Source of the DNA: Nostoc sp. PCC 7120 = FACHB-418
GTDB lineage: Bacteria; Cyanobacteriota; Cyanobacteriia; Cyanobacteriales; Nostocaceae
Assembly (NCBI RefSeq): GCF_000009705.1
Contig: NC_003272.1
Span: 5,550,001-5,582,000, forward strand
Length of the DNA stretch: 32,000 nt
Reading direction: 5' to 3'
Under the pieces are notes generated by a model. It saw nothing but the letters and a program-made list of their open reading frames with translations. It ran no database searches and was not told the DNA's origin. Positions 1 through 7,487 of the stretch are shown here, in pieces (the first letter of the stretch is position 1; every line of letters begins with the position of its first letter). A program made the position numbers and the translations under genes.

Positions 1-2
1 AT

Positions 3-1208
3 CATACCCACGACTATTATCAAGTAGACCCGATGTTGGGTGGGAATGCCGCTTTTAAGGAATTACTAGACGCATCCCACGAACGCAATATTAAAGTTGT
101 CCTCGATGGCGTATTTAATCATTCCAGTCGAGGATTTTTCTTTTTCCACGACGTTTTGGAAAATGGCCCTCATTCCCCTTGGGTAAATTGGTTCAAGATT
201 GAAGGCTGGCCTCTGGCACCATATACAGGTGAGTTGCCGGCAAATTATGTAGGTTGGGCTGATAATCGCGCCTTGCCAGTATTTAATCATGACAACCCAG
301 AAGTGCGGGAATATATTATGGAAATTGCCGAATATTGGATTAAATTCGGCATCGACGGCTGGCGGTTGGATGTACCATTTGAAATTAAAACTCCTGGCTT
401 TTGGCAAGAATTCCGCGATCGCGTTAAAGCCATTAACCCCGAAGCTTATATTGTGGGGGAAGTGTGGGGAGATTCCAGCGAGTGGCTAGATGGGACGCAA
501 TTCGACGGTGTGATGAATTACTTATTTGCCGGGCCGACCATTGCCTTTGCCGCAGGCGATCGCGTAGTCTTAGAACAAGTCCAAAGCCGCGATTATCAAC
601 CATATCCGCCCCTATTCGCTGCCGAATACGCCACCAAAATTCAGGAAGTACTGCAACTTTACCCTTGGGACATTCAACTTACCCAACTCAACTTATTAGC
701 GAGTCACGATACAGCCCGACTCCTGACCATTGCTGGCGGTGATCAAGCCAGTATACAATTAGCTACCCTATTACTACTTACCTTTCCTGGCGCGCCAAGT
801 ATCTACTACGGCGATGAAGTGGGTTTACCAGGAGGTATCGACCCCGATTCTCGGCGGGGCTTTCCTTTAGAAGCTAACTGGGATAGAGAAATTTATCAGA
901 CCCACCGTCAATTAATAGCCTTACGCCGTACTTACCCAGCCTTACGCACAGGTGACTATCAAGTTATTTGGGCGCAAGGTGCATTGTATATTTTTGCCCG
1001 CACCTTAGGCAAAGAAGAATTAATTATTGCCGTAAATGTAGGTACAGCAACAGCCCAGGCTAATGTAGATGTTGCTAGTTTGCAGACTCAGCCAAATAAA
1101 ATCCTGTACGGTCAAGCAGAATTTCACTGGCACAATACAGAAGAAACAAAACAACTGTTCTTAAGTCTCCCCCCACGTAGTGGCTGCATTCTGGGTTTAG
1201 GGGATTAG
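3..1208 (+). CDS. GH13 alpha-amylase family glycoside hydrolase (neopullulanase/cyclomaltodextrinase-like), 5' end cut by window edge
   Basis: Frame 3 is open from base 3 (HTHDYYQVDPMLGG precedes the listed Met). GH13 conserved regions are present: VLDGVFNHSS, GWRLDVPFEI, GEVWG, LLASHDTARL. Stop is TAG at 1206-1208. Confidence 0.9.
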   Translation, partial: HTHDYYQVDPMLGGNAAFKELLDASHERNIKVVLDGVFNHSSRGFFFFHDVLENGPHSPWVNWFKIEGWPLAPYTGELPANYVGWADNRALPVFNHDNPEVREYIMEIAEYWIKFGIDGWRLDVPFEIKTPGFWQEFRDRVKAINPEAYIVGEVWGDSSEWLDGTQFDGVMNYLFAGPTIAFAAGDRVVLEQVQSRDYQPYPPLFAAEYATKIQEVLQLYPWDIQLTQLNLLASHDTARLLTIAGGDQASIQLATLLLLTFPGAPSIYYGDEVGLPGGIDPDSRRGFPLEANWDREIYQTHRQLIALRRTYPALRTGDYQVIWAQGALYIFARTLGKEELIIAVNVGTATAQANVDVASLQTQPNKILYGQAEFHWHNTEETKQLFLSLPPRSGCILGLGD

Positions 1209-1253
1209 GAATTGGGGACTGGGAACTGGGAATTGGGGATTGGGGACTGGGGG
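1194..1253. repeat. STRR1-type tandem heptamer tract (units GGGACTG/GGAATTG, complement of CCCCAGT)
   Basis: Consecutive 7-nt units read directly: ggaattg gggactg ggaactg ggaattg gggattg gggactg. The tract starts inside the last codons and stop of the GH13 gene. Confidence 0.85.
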
Positions 1254-1374
1254 AGAAAAAAGATAATCCCCATAAGTGATGTTCTTTTTCTTTCTTTTGC
1301 CTTTTAACTTTTGCCTTATTCGGTAATACCCAACCCTGTTCCCAGAACAAATCCTTTCCGCAGGCTATAAGGAA

Positions 1375-1794
1375 CTATTTGCCCGCCACCATTGCCGGAA
1401 TTAAAACAGCGTCAATAACATGAATCACTCCATTATCGGCAAGAATGTCTGTTTGCAGAACGGTGGCATCATTCACCTTAAATTTACCGTTAGTAGACTC
1501 AATCGCTAAAACAGATCCTTCCACGGTTTCCGCTTCCTCAATTTGCACCAAGTCATCCGACCGGACATCACCAAAGGCTACGTGATATGTGACAATCTTT
1601 TTTAACTTCGGTATGTCTTTGAGCAGTGCTTCTAAAGTTCCCTGCGGTAACTTTGCAAAAGCCTCATCAGTAGGTGCAAACAAAGTAAAAATCCCAGGAC
1701 TATTGAGAGTATCTAAGATTTGTGCAGCTTCAGCCGCCTGCACAAACTTATTGAATTTTCCAGTTTTCACAGCAGTTTCCACAATGTCAGCCAT
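1375..1794 (-). CDS. fasciclin (FAS1) domain protein
   Basis: 139-aa ORF with ATG start. FAS1 motifs are present: TLFAPTDEAFAKLP and NGVIHVIDAVLIP. Confidence 0.9.
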   Translation of the reverse strand: MADIVETAVKTGKFNKFVQAAEAAQILDTLNSPGIFTLFAPTDEAFAKLPQGTLEALLKDIPKLKKIVTYHVAFGDVRSDDLVQIEEAETVEGSVLAIESTNGKFKVNDATVLQTDILADNGVIHVIDAVLIPAMVAGK

Positions 1795-1982
1795 AATATT
1801 TGGTTAATTTATTAACTTCACAATTACAACCAACTTATAAACATACAAAAGCAATCAACCTCTATCGCAAGAAAGGTCATTAGTCATGAGTTAAGAGTCA
1901 GCAGTTCTTCCCCCTGCCCCTGAAGAATCCCTAGTCTTGATCACTACTGCTAAACTAGGGTAGTCCCTAAGAACCCATTACT

Positions 1983-2219
1983 ATGCTCAAGCGTTCTAAA
2001 TTCGAGACAACCCAATCTCAGATTATGCACCGTGCTGAGGATTTAATTAGTGCAGCTTCCAATCGCTACCGCATTACGGTTCAGGTGGCAAATCGGGCTA
2101 AACGTCGGCGTTATGAGGAATTTGAGAGTGCTGAAGATGCCATGATGAAGCCAGTACTCAGGGCAATTATTGAAATGTCTGATGAATTGACACAACCAGA
2201 AATCATTGGTGAAATTTAA
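1983..2219 (+). CDS. rpoZ: DNA-directed RNA polymerase omega subunit
   Basis: 78 aa. The core [26 protein letters not shown] matches my recollection of cyanobacterial RpoZ, and the size is typical. Confidence 0.8.
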
Positions 2220-2227
2220 AATATATA

Positions 2228-2394
2228 GGACTTACGCACCCATATTTTCTGTTGAGACCGGGTGTAAGGGTATAGGGGTGTAAAACATTTATTTTGAATT
2301 TTGTAGCTTTAGCTTCCCGTAGGGTATTTTGAATTGATTCATACCCCTATACCCTTCTCCAAAACCTTGATCTTTCGTTTTTATGCGTAAGTCC
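2228..2394. mobile_element. MITE-like non-coding element, copy 1 (167 bp)
   Basis: Terminal inverted repeats GGACTTACGCA (2228-2238) and TGCGTAAGTCC (2384-2394). Internal arms GGGTATAGGGGT and ACCCCTATACCC. No ORF. Shares CTGTTGAGACCGGGTGTAAGGGT and the CCCTATACCCTT...CCTTGAT...TGCGTAAGTCC end with the copy at 19180-19388. Confidence 0.75.
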
Positions 2395-2402
2395 CAATAT
2401 AT

Positions 2403-2458
2403 TGCTGAGTTGAGAGTGCTATTAGCGATAGCGGGGCGTTCAGCCCGTGCTGAGTTGA
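2403..2458. repeat. 34-nt insert flanked by 11-nt direct repeats TGCTGAGTTGA
   Basis: TGCTGAGTTGA occurs at 2403-2413 and again at 2448-2458. The GTGCTGAGT/ACTCAGCAC motif recurs at 11272-11335 around a different insert. Confidence 0.6.
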
Positions 2459-2544
2459 TAACCAATCGTTTTGCACTTTCTTCTCAGGATGTCTGTGAAA
2501 TCAAAAACAAGCTTGTGTTTTAGTCAACCCTTCAGTTTGTAGTT

Positions 2545-3084
2545 GTGAAGTTTAACTCAGCGTTGATAAGTACCTTTGTGGTAGCGGGTGTTCTTGTTTT
2601 TAGTGCGGGTAATTTAACCAACATCCAACCTGCGGTAGCCCAAAGAATTAGTCCTGGTGACGTTTGGCAGCTAGTGTATCAACAATTGCCTGACTTTCCC
2701 AAAGAAAATCAATATATCACCAAAGCATCGGGAAGAGTTGCAGAAAATAATACTTTGGCAAGTCGCCTAATTAGATATCACATATATGTCAAAGAACGCG
2801 CTCCCAATTATCGCCTAGATTGGAAATTAACTCTCGCCGATTACTTGGATGCTAATGAAATTATGTACGAAACTACCTATCCAGGTAATGATACATTGCG
2901 GCAGAATCCCCTAAAAGGCGATCGCGCGATCATTTCTCGCCTCACGCGCACTCAACGCAATGCTTTAGTACAAGTATTAACCAATATATTTAATCCCAAT
3001 ACCCCCACTCAACCAACCTCACGCCCCAGCACCCCCACAACCCCAACCCCACCCCAAACAGGAGGCGCTGAACTCCTCAAATAA
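2545..3084 (+). CDS. hypothetical secreted protein (N-terminal signal/TM segment, Pro/Thr-rich C-terminus)
   Basis: 179-aa ORF with GTG start. Hydrophobic N-terminus ALISTFVVAGVLVFSAG followed by AVAQ. C-terminal TPTQPTSRPSTPTTPTPPQ. No family recognised. Confidence 0.65.
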   Translation: MKFNSALISTFVVAGVLVFSAGNLTNIQPAVAQRISPGDVWQLVYQQLPDFPKENQYITKASGRVAENNTLASRLIRYHIYVKERAPNYRLDWKLTLADYLDANEIMYETTYPGNDTLRQNPLKGDRAIISRLTRTQRNALVQVLTNIFNPNTPTQPTSRPSTPTTPTPPQTGGAELLK

Positions 3085-3103
3085 CCCTTTCATCAAGATT
3101 CTC

Positions 3104-3469
3104 ATGGAACGTCTCATTAAAAGCGGTGCTGGCTGGCGTATTGGCTGGAACCCCAACGCAAGCGAATATCAAGGTTTAGTCGGTACTGACGATTGGGCAA
3201 TTGAGTTAACCGAAGCTGAGTTAGATGATTTTTGTCGTCTCTTAACTAAGCTAGCCAACACGATGAAACAACTCACCGCCGAGTTAATGGATGAAGAGAA
3301 AATTGCCTGTGAAGCCGAGAGCGATTTATTATGGATGGAGGTAGAGGGTTATCCCCATGAATACAGTCTGCGCTTTATCCTCAACACAGGACGTTGTGCA
3401 GAAGGTAAATGGAATGCCTCTGCTGTACCTAGTCTGTTGCAAGCTACGGGAATGCTCAAAGTTTTTTGA
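3104..3469 (+). CDS. conserved hypothetical protein (possibly a DUF1818-type cyanobacterial family; uncertain)
   Basis: 121-aa ORF with ATG start, 19 nt after the preceding stop, suggesting an operon-like arrangement. The family assignment comes only from vague recall. Confidence 0.6.
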   Translation: MERLIKSGAGWRIGWNPNASEYQGLVGTDDWAIELTEAELDDFCRLLTKLANTMKQLTAELMDEEKIACEAESDLLWMEVEGYPHEYSLRFILNTGRCAEGKWNASAVPSLLQATGMLKVF

Positions 3470-3483
3470 ATTTACCCCTTGAT

Positions 3484-3510
3484 TTTACAAAGCGTTTGCG
3501 ATAATATAGT
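3484..3510 (+). promoter_or_regulatory. candidate sigma70-type promoter for tRNA-Pro
   Basis: TTTACA (3484-3489), a 15-nt spacer, then TATAGT (3505-3510). The -10 box ends 9 nt before the tRNA 5' end. The spacer is shorter than optimal. Confidence 0.3.
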
Positions 3511-3519
3511 AATTCTGAC

Positions 3520-3593
3520 CGGGGCGTAGCGCAGCTTGGTAGCGCGCCACTTTGGGGTAGTGGAGGTCGTGGGTTCGAATCCCGCCGCTCCGA
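3520..3593 (+). tRNA. tRNA-Pro (anticodon GGG)
   Basis: Manual cloverleaf of 74 nt. Acceptor CGGGGCG/CGCTCCG, D stem GCGC/GCGC, anticodon stem CCACT/AGTGG with loop TTGGGGT, T arm GTGGG-TTCGAAT-CCCGC, discriminator A. No encoded CCA. Confidence 0.95.
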
Positions 3594-3632
3594 TTGATAA
3601 GACCTTAATTATAAGGTGTGTAATATTTAACT

Positions 3633-3667
3633 AAAACCCTCACCACAAGTGGTGAGGGTTTTGTTTG
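3633..3667. terminator. bidirectional rho-independent terminator
   Basis: Stem CCCTCACC(AC)/(GT)GGTGAGGG, preceded by AAAA and followed by TTTTGTTTG. It sits between tRNA-Pro (+) and the convergent gene ending at 3678 (-). Confidence 0.8.
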
Positions 3668-3677
3668 TCAACTTAAA

Positions 3678-4076
3678 TTACGGCAACTTATAACTAGCAA
3701 CGCGCACAATTAGTTGTCCTTGACGAGGGTTTTGGCTAAAGATAAATGTTCCCTCTTCCTTTTCACCGTCAGATAAAAAATCAATTTGTTGCTCTCCTGT
3801 TTCCACAACCTTGCCAGCAATTTGTAACTCAGCAATAATTTGTACTGATTCAGCAGTTTCTCCACCAGTATTTACTATCTCGAATGGAATATAAAATTGT
3901 CCATTAACTTCCCGCATTATTTCTTTTTTAGTAACAGATAAAACTGGGGGTTTATTTTCCTCATGTAGCCAAATATAAGCTACTAAGCTCATAATAATTC
4001 CGAGGATAAACAAAGCAATACCGAATGTTACCCACTCAGCCAGAGAACGTTCCGATTTTGGTTCTGCTTCCATCAT
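3678..4076 (-). CDS. TIGR02588-like small membrane-anchored protein (partner of the upstream TIGR02587-like gene)
   Basis: 132 aa with one N-terminal TM helix (WVTFGIALFILGIIMSLVAYIWL) followed by a soluble domain. Its ATG overlaps the upstream stop (ATGA at 4073-4076). Confidence 0.65.
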   Translation of the reverse strand: MMEAEPKSERSLAEWVTFGIALFILGIIMSLVAYIWLHEENKPPVLSVTKKEIMREVNGQFYIPFEIVNTGGETAESVQIIAELQIAGKVVETGEQQIDFLSDGEKEEGTFIFSQNPRQGQLIVRVASYKLP

Positions 4077-4957
4077 ATTGCTAACCTACCAGCAGCACCA
4101 CCAATTGTTGCAGGTAAACCTAAAACTAAAGTATGTTCTAGCCACATTCTCCAAGGGTCTGCGAATGTTACTTTTTGGAAGAACAACAACATTAATGCAC
4201 TTGCTAACAAAGATACTAAATAAGAAATAGTTGTTTCACTTAATGGACGTTGAAAAATCCCCTTTTGCTGTCTTCGTTTTTTCTGGTCGGAAAAACCAGC
4301 TTGGAAGACAATAGCATAGGAAATAACTAAGGATGCAGCGATTAATATGAATATCCAAGGCGGTGAAATGGCGGCTGCTAACATGGGAACTTCATCCGTA
4401 GGCGCAATATTAAAAGCAATGACAATTGCACCGATGAGAGTGGCACCTAAATCCGCCAAAGTTCCATATAAACTATTTTGTTTATGTTTACTAAGTCCGT
4501 TTTCTTGATGATTACTGGATGGCGAATTATTTTGATTAGTATCTCCAAGAAACTGGTTAGCTAATGCTACACCTAAAGTAAAAGGTACACCTTCAAAAAC
4601 AATTTTACCCAATGATTCTTTTAATGAAGTTTCTGGCGTTATTTCTTGCAATAACCACAACATAAATGCAGAACAAACGAATCCAATCGCCATTGCTTCT
4701 ACAGTATCTATGACGGCTTCATCCACTCGCCAGTTATTTTTGCGTTTGCGAAAACCTTCAGTATAATTGAGGAGGAAAACTACCATAAACATCAAGGCGA
4801 TCGCTATTACAATTAATCTTGGTTTTGCTAGCGAGCCAATCCACCAGACTTCCATCGTATATATTAAAGGTATACCAAATAGAAAGCCTCCACAAGTACC
4901 TCGTACAATATCATTTATCTCGCGTTTCCACCCATTTTTCTGATATCTTTTAGTCAC
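4073..4957 (-). CDS. TIGR02587-like polytopic integral membrane protein
   Basis: 294 aa with GTG start and multiple TM segments. The N-terminal CGGFLFGIPLIYTMEVWW motif matches my memory of the TIGR02587 family. Translationally coupled to the downstream gene. Confidence 0.65.
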   Translation of the reverse strand: MTKRYQKNGWKREINDIVRGTCGGFLFGIPLIYTMEVWWIGSLAKPRLIVIAIALMFMVVFLLNYTEGFRKRKNNWRVDEAVIDTVEAMAIGFVCSAFMLWLLQEITPETSLKESLGKIVFEGVPFTLGVALANQFLGDTNQNNSPSSNHQENGLSKHKQNSLYGTLADLGATLIGAIVIAFNIAPTDEVPMLAAAISPPWIFILIAASLVISYAIVFQAGFSDQKKRRQQKGIFQRPLSETTISYLVSLLASALMLLFFQKVTFADPWRMWLEHTLVLGLPATIGGAAGRLAI

Positions 4958-5143
4958 TCCTAAGATTTACCTATTTAATTTTGACATTTTCAGTGTTGTA
5001 AACCATCTCATGATATCTCCTATTTAATCATCTATCCCAGGTATACAAAAAAACTAAATAATATCTTTCCTATGATAGACAAATAAAAAGCTTTTTCCTG
5101 GTAGCATACATTATGTTAATACTTCCAATAATTTAAGAAAAAT

Positions 5144-5326
5144 ATGAGTACTGAAAAAAGAATTGAAGCAACTGCTAAAAATATCGAAGGTAAATTACAA
5201 GAAGTAATTGGCGAAGTAACTGGGAATCCATCAGATAAAGCAGAGGGTAAAGCTAAACAAGCTGAATCTCAGGTTATCCATACTACAGAAAATATCAAGG
5301 ATGAATTGAAGAAGGCTATTGACTAA
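5144..5326 (+). CDS. CsbD-family general stress protein
   Basis: 60 aa. KNIEGKLQEVIGEVTGNPSDKAEGKAKQAE is the typical CsbD repeat pattern. Confidence 0.85.
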   Translation: MSTEKRIEATAKNIEGKLQEVIGEVTGNPSDKAEGKAKQAESQVIHTTENIKDELKKAID

Positions 5327-5404
5327 AAAAATTGAAAGGGATATCTACCTTTTAATTACTGTAGTTACAGCTTAAATTTTCCAAATTAATATTTTGTCAT
5401 TTTT

Positions 5405-5443
5405 TACTCCACTCTTTTATAAGTAGTGGAGTATTTTTGTTTT
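5405..5443 (+). terminator. rho-independent terminator downstream of the CsbD-like gene
   Basis: Stem TACTCCACT (5405-5413) / AGTGGAGTA (5425-5433), followed by TTTTTGTTTT. Confidence 0.75.
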
Positions 5444-5454
5444 AAATTTTTCAT

Positions 5455-5491
5455 GTAAAAAAGGTTAGCATTGAATAAATTCACTCTAACC
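5455..5491 (-). terminator. possible terminator for the GlsB/YeaQ-like gene
   Basis: On the minus strand, a GGTTAG/CTAACC stem (6 bp, 17-nt loop) is followed by a T-run. The hairpin is weak. Confidence 0.35.
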
Positions 5492-5509
5492 ATCATTGCT
5501 ATTATCTGA

Positions 5510-5785
5510 CTAATAGCTTCTGGAGCTTCCAGTGATTAGATTCCACAAAAAGATAGCTACTATGGCTCCAATAATCGCCACGATTATCCCAGAAATACTA
5601 AGGCTAGCTGCGGTAAATTGTAGTGTTCCCGTATCTAGCAGGGTAACAATTGTACCACCGATTAAAGCGCCAATAATACCTAAGATCATAGTTCCCAAAA
5701 TACCACCACCTTGACGACCGGGGTAAATAGCTTTGGCTATAGCTCCAGCGATGAGACCAAGAATAATCCAGGCGATAATGTTCAT
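5510..5785 (-). CDS. GlsB/YeaQ/YmgE family (transglycosylase-associated) stress membrane protein
   Basis: Gly-rich TM pattern IIAWIILGLIAGAIAK...GGGILGTMILGIIGALIGG. I prefer the internal ATG at 5785 (MNIIAW...) over the listed start at 5830, because family members start directly at the first TM helix. Confidence 0.8.
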   Translation of the reverse strand: MNIIAWIILGLIAGAIAKAIYPGRQGGGILGTMILGIIGALIGGTIVTLLDTGTLQFTAASLSISGIIVAIIGAIVAIFLWNLITGSSRSY

Positions 5786-5944
5786 AATTCTATTGTGTAA
5801 AAGACTTACCAGTAATTTATTAATTACCAATAATTTTTCCTTCTACCAGAAGAGATAAGTATAGTATTTAAATTTATAGATTTGCTACATTCATTACTCC
5901 AAATGTTGGTTTATCTTACTATAGTAATGGTAGCGATCGCCTAA

Positions 5945-6187
5945 TTTTACCCTTCCCAGAATCAGATAACTCAAGAGAACCACAAGCCACTAGTAAAATC
6001 TCCTTTTTTTAAAAAAATTACCTCATATTTACAGCAACAAAAAATTCTCGCCATCTTAGCTTTTGTCCTACTTTACAGATTTGGTGAGGCGATGCTGCTA
6101 AAAATTAATTCCTTATTTTTATTCCTTGACCAGCATAAACCAATCACAAAACTAGTAATCCACCAAACACATTATGATAGGTCATAG
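5945..6187 (+). pseudogene. possible relic of an AmpG/MFS-type permease gene
   Basis: 80-codon open frame with no start codon at its 5' end. It encodes ...KILAILAFVLLYRFGEAMLLKINSLFLFLDQ..., resembling the LLYK/RLGDA segment of AmpG-family transporters. Far too short to be an intact permease. Confidence 0.3.
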
Positions 6188-6219
6188 ACAACCGACTTTT
6201 TTAAAAAAGTCGGTTGTCT
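6186..6219. promoter_or_regulatory. 34-bp perfect palindrome AGACAACCGACTTTTTT|AAAAAAGTCGGTTGTCT
   Basis: Both halves were checked base by base and are exact reverse complements. It starts at the relic ORF's stop codon and ends 37 nt before the kinase ATG at 6256. Confidence 0.7.
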
Positions 6220-6255
6220 GAACACCCTCAACCTGTCAAAATCAATTGGTGGGGT

Positions 6256-7218
6256 ATGAGTTATATTTTAGGAATAGATGGCGGCGGTAGTAAAACTGTG
6301 TGTATTTTAATGAACGATACACATCAAGTACTTGGTCGTGGTCAAGCGGGTGCAGCTAATTATCAAAGTATAGGCATAGAAGCAGCATTTACATCTATTC
6401 AATCTGCCATTTATGAGGCGGTAAAATTAATCAAAACCATCGAAATTAACGCTATATGTTTGGGATTAGCTGGTGTTGGTCGTCCAGAGGATATAGAGGT
6501 AGTTACACGTATAATAGAACAATTAATTAATGTCAAAACTTTACCTATTACCTGGAACTTGCAACCATCTAATATTGTTATTTGCAACGATGCTTTGATT
6601 GCTTTAGTCGGCGGAATTGGTCATCCCGTGGGAATTGTCGCCGCAGTTGGTACTGGTTCCATAGTTTTTGGTCGCAATCATCAAGGAAAAACCAAGCGAG
6701 TTGGTGGTTGGGGATATATTTTAGGTGATGAAGGAAGCGCCTATAAAATTGCTGTGGCTGGTTTACAATCAGCATTAAGATCTTATGATGGGCGTGAGAA
6801 ATCTACCAGTCTCATAGAAGCTTTTAAACAGCATCTGGATTTAGAAAATATAGAAGACTTAATCGAGGTTGTTTATCGTCGAGGATGGGGAGTGAAACAA
6901 ATAGCAGCTTTAGCACCCGTTGTTGATTTAGCCGCCGCTTCTGGTGATGAAGTAGCCAATAATATAATTGATGATGCTGTCAGAGAATTAGTCAAAGCTA
7001 CATCTACAGTAATTGAGGCAATTTTTATTCCTAACTCAGTTTTGGAAATAGTGACAACAGGAAGTGTATGGCAGGGTAGATGTAAGATACAGGAGAGATT
7101 TACAGCAGCTATGGTAAATAGATTTCCCCAGGTGAAGGTAATTTTCCCCCGCGATGAACCTGCTTATGGTGCTGGTTTATTGGCTTTGCAAAGTTTCACA
7201 AGTAAACAGGAAATTTAG
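6256..7218 (+). CDS. BadF/BadG/BcrA/BcrD-type ATPase, N-acetylglucosamine-kinase-like
   Basis: The ILGIDGGGSKT phosphate-1 motif lies right after the ATG at 6256. Also present: GTGS and GGWGYILGDEGSA. The listed TTG at 6214 lies inside the palindrome, so the ATG is preferred. Confidence 0.8.
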   Translation: MSYILGIDGGGSKTVCILMNDTHQVLGRGQAGAANYQSIGIEAAFTSIQSAIYEAVKLIKTIEINAICLGLAGVGRPEDIEVVTRIIEQLINVKTLPITWNLQPSNIVICNDALIALVGGIGHPVGIVAAVGTGSIVFGRNHQGKTKRVGGWGYILGDEGSAYKIAVAGLQSALRSYDGREKSTSLIEAFKQHLDLENIEDLIEVVYRRGWGVKQIAALAPVVDLAAASGDEVANNIIDDAVRELVKATSTVIEAIFIPNSVLEIVTTGSVWQGRCKIQERFTAAMVNRFPQVKVIFPRDEPAYGAGLLALQSFTSKQEI

Positions 7219-7487
7219 GCGATCGCAATTTTTATAAAATCCGCAATAATTAAAGGGATAGATGACATTCACTTACTGCGAAGCATCCATCCCTAAATAG
7301 CTGCCCAGATGACGAACCTGGAACCCTATAATCTGGTATCTAATGAACCCAGTATCAGTCGAGATATGTCTATTGTCACTGGGATAGATACGGATTTAAA
7401 CGATATTTATGAACAAATCATACTGAATATTTGGGAAGGGAACGTTGGCGTGATTTGTGTACGCAGAGGTGCAGAGAGAAGGGAGAT

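Noticed and set aside
66-742. ORFs 66-407(-), 289-489(+) and 464-742(+) inside the GH13 gene
   Set aside because: They are alternative-frame or antisense shadows of a gene with clear GH13 motifs. Their composition is Arg/Cys/Trp-skewed and no RBS is visible.
1075-1350. ORF 1075-1350(-), with PQSPIPSSQSPIPNP
   Set aside because: It is a read-through of the STRR heptamer tract and antisense to the GH13 3' end, so it is a repeat-generated artefact.
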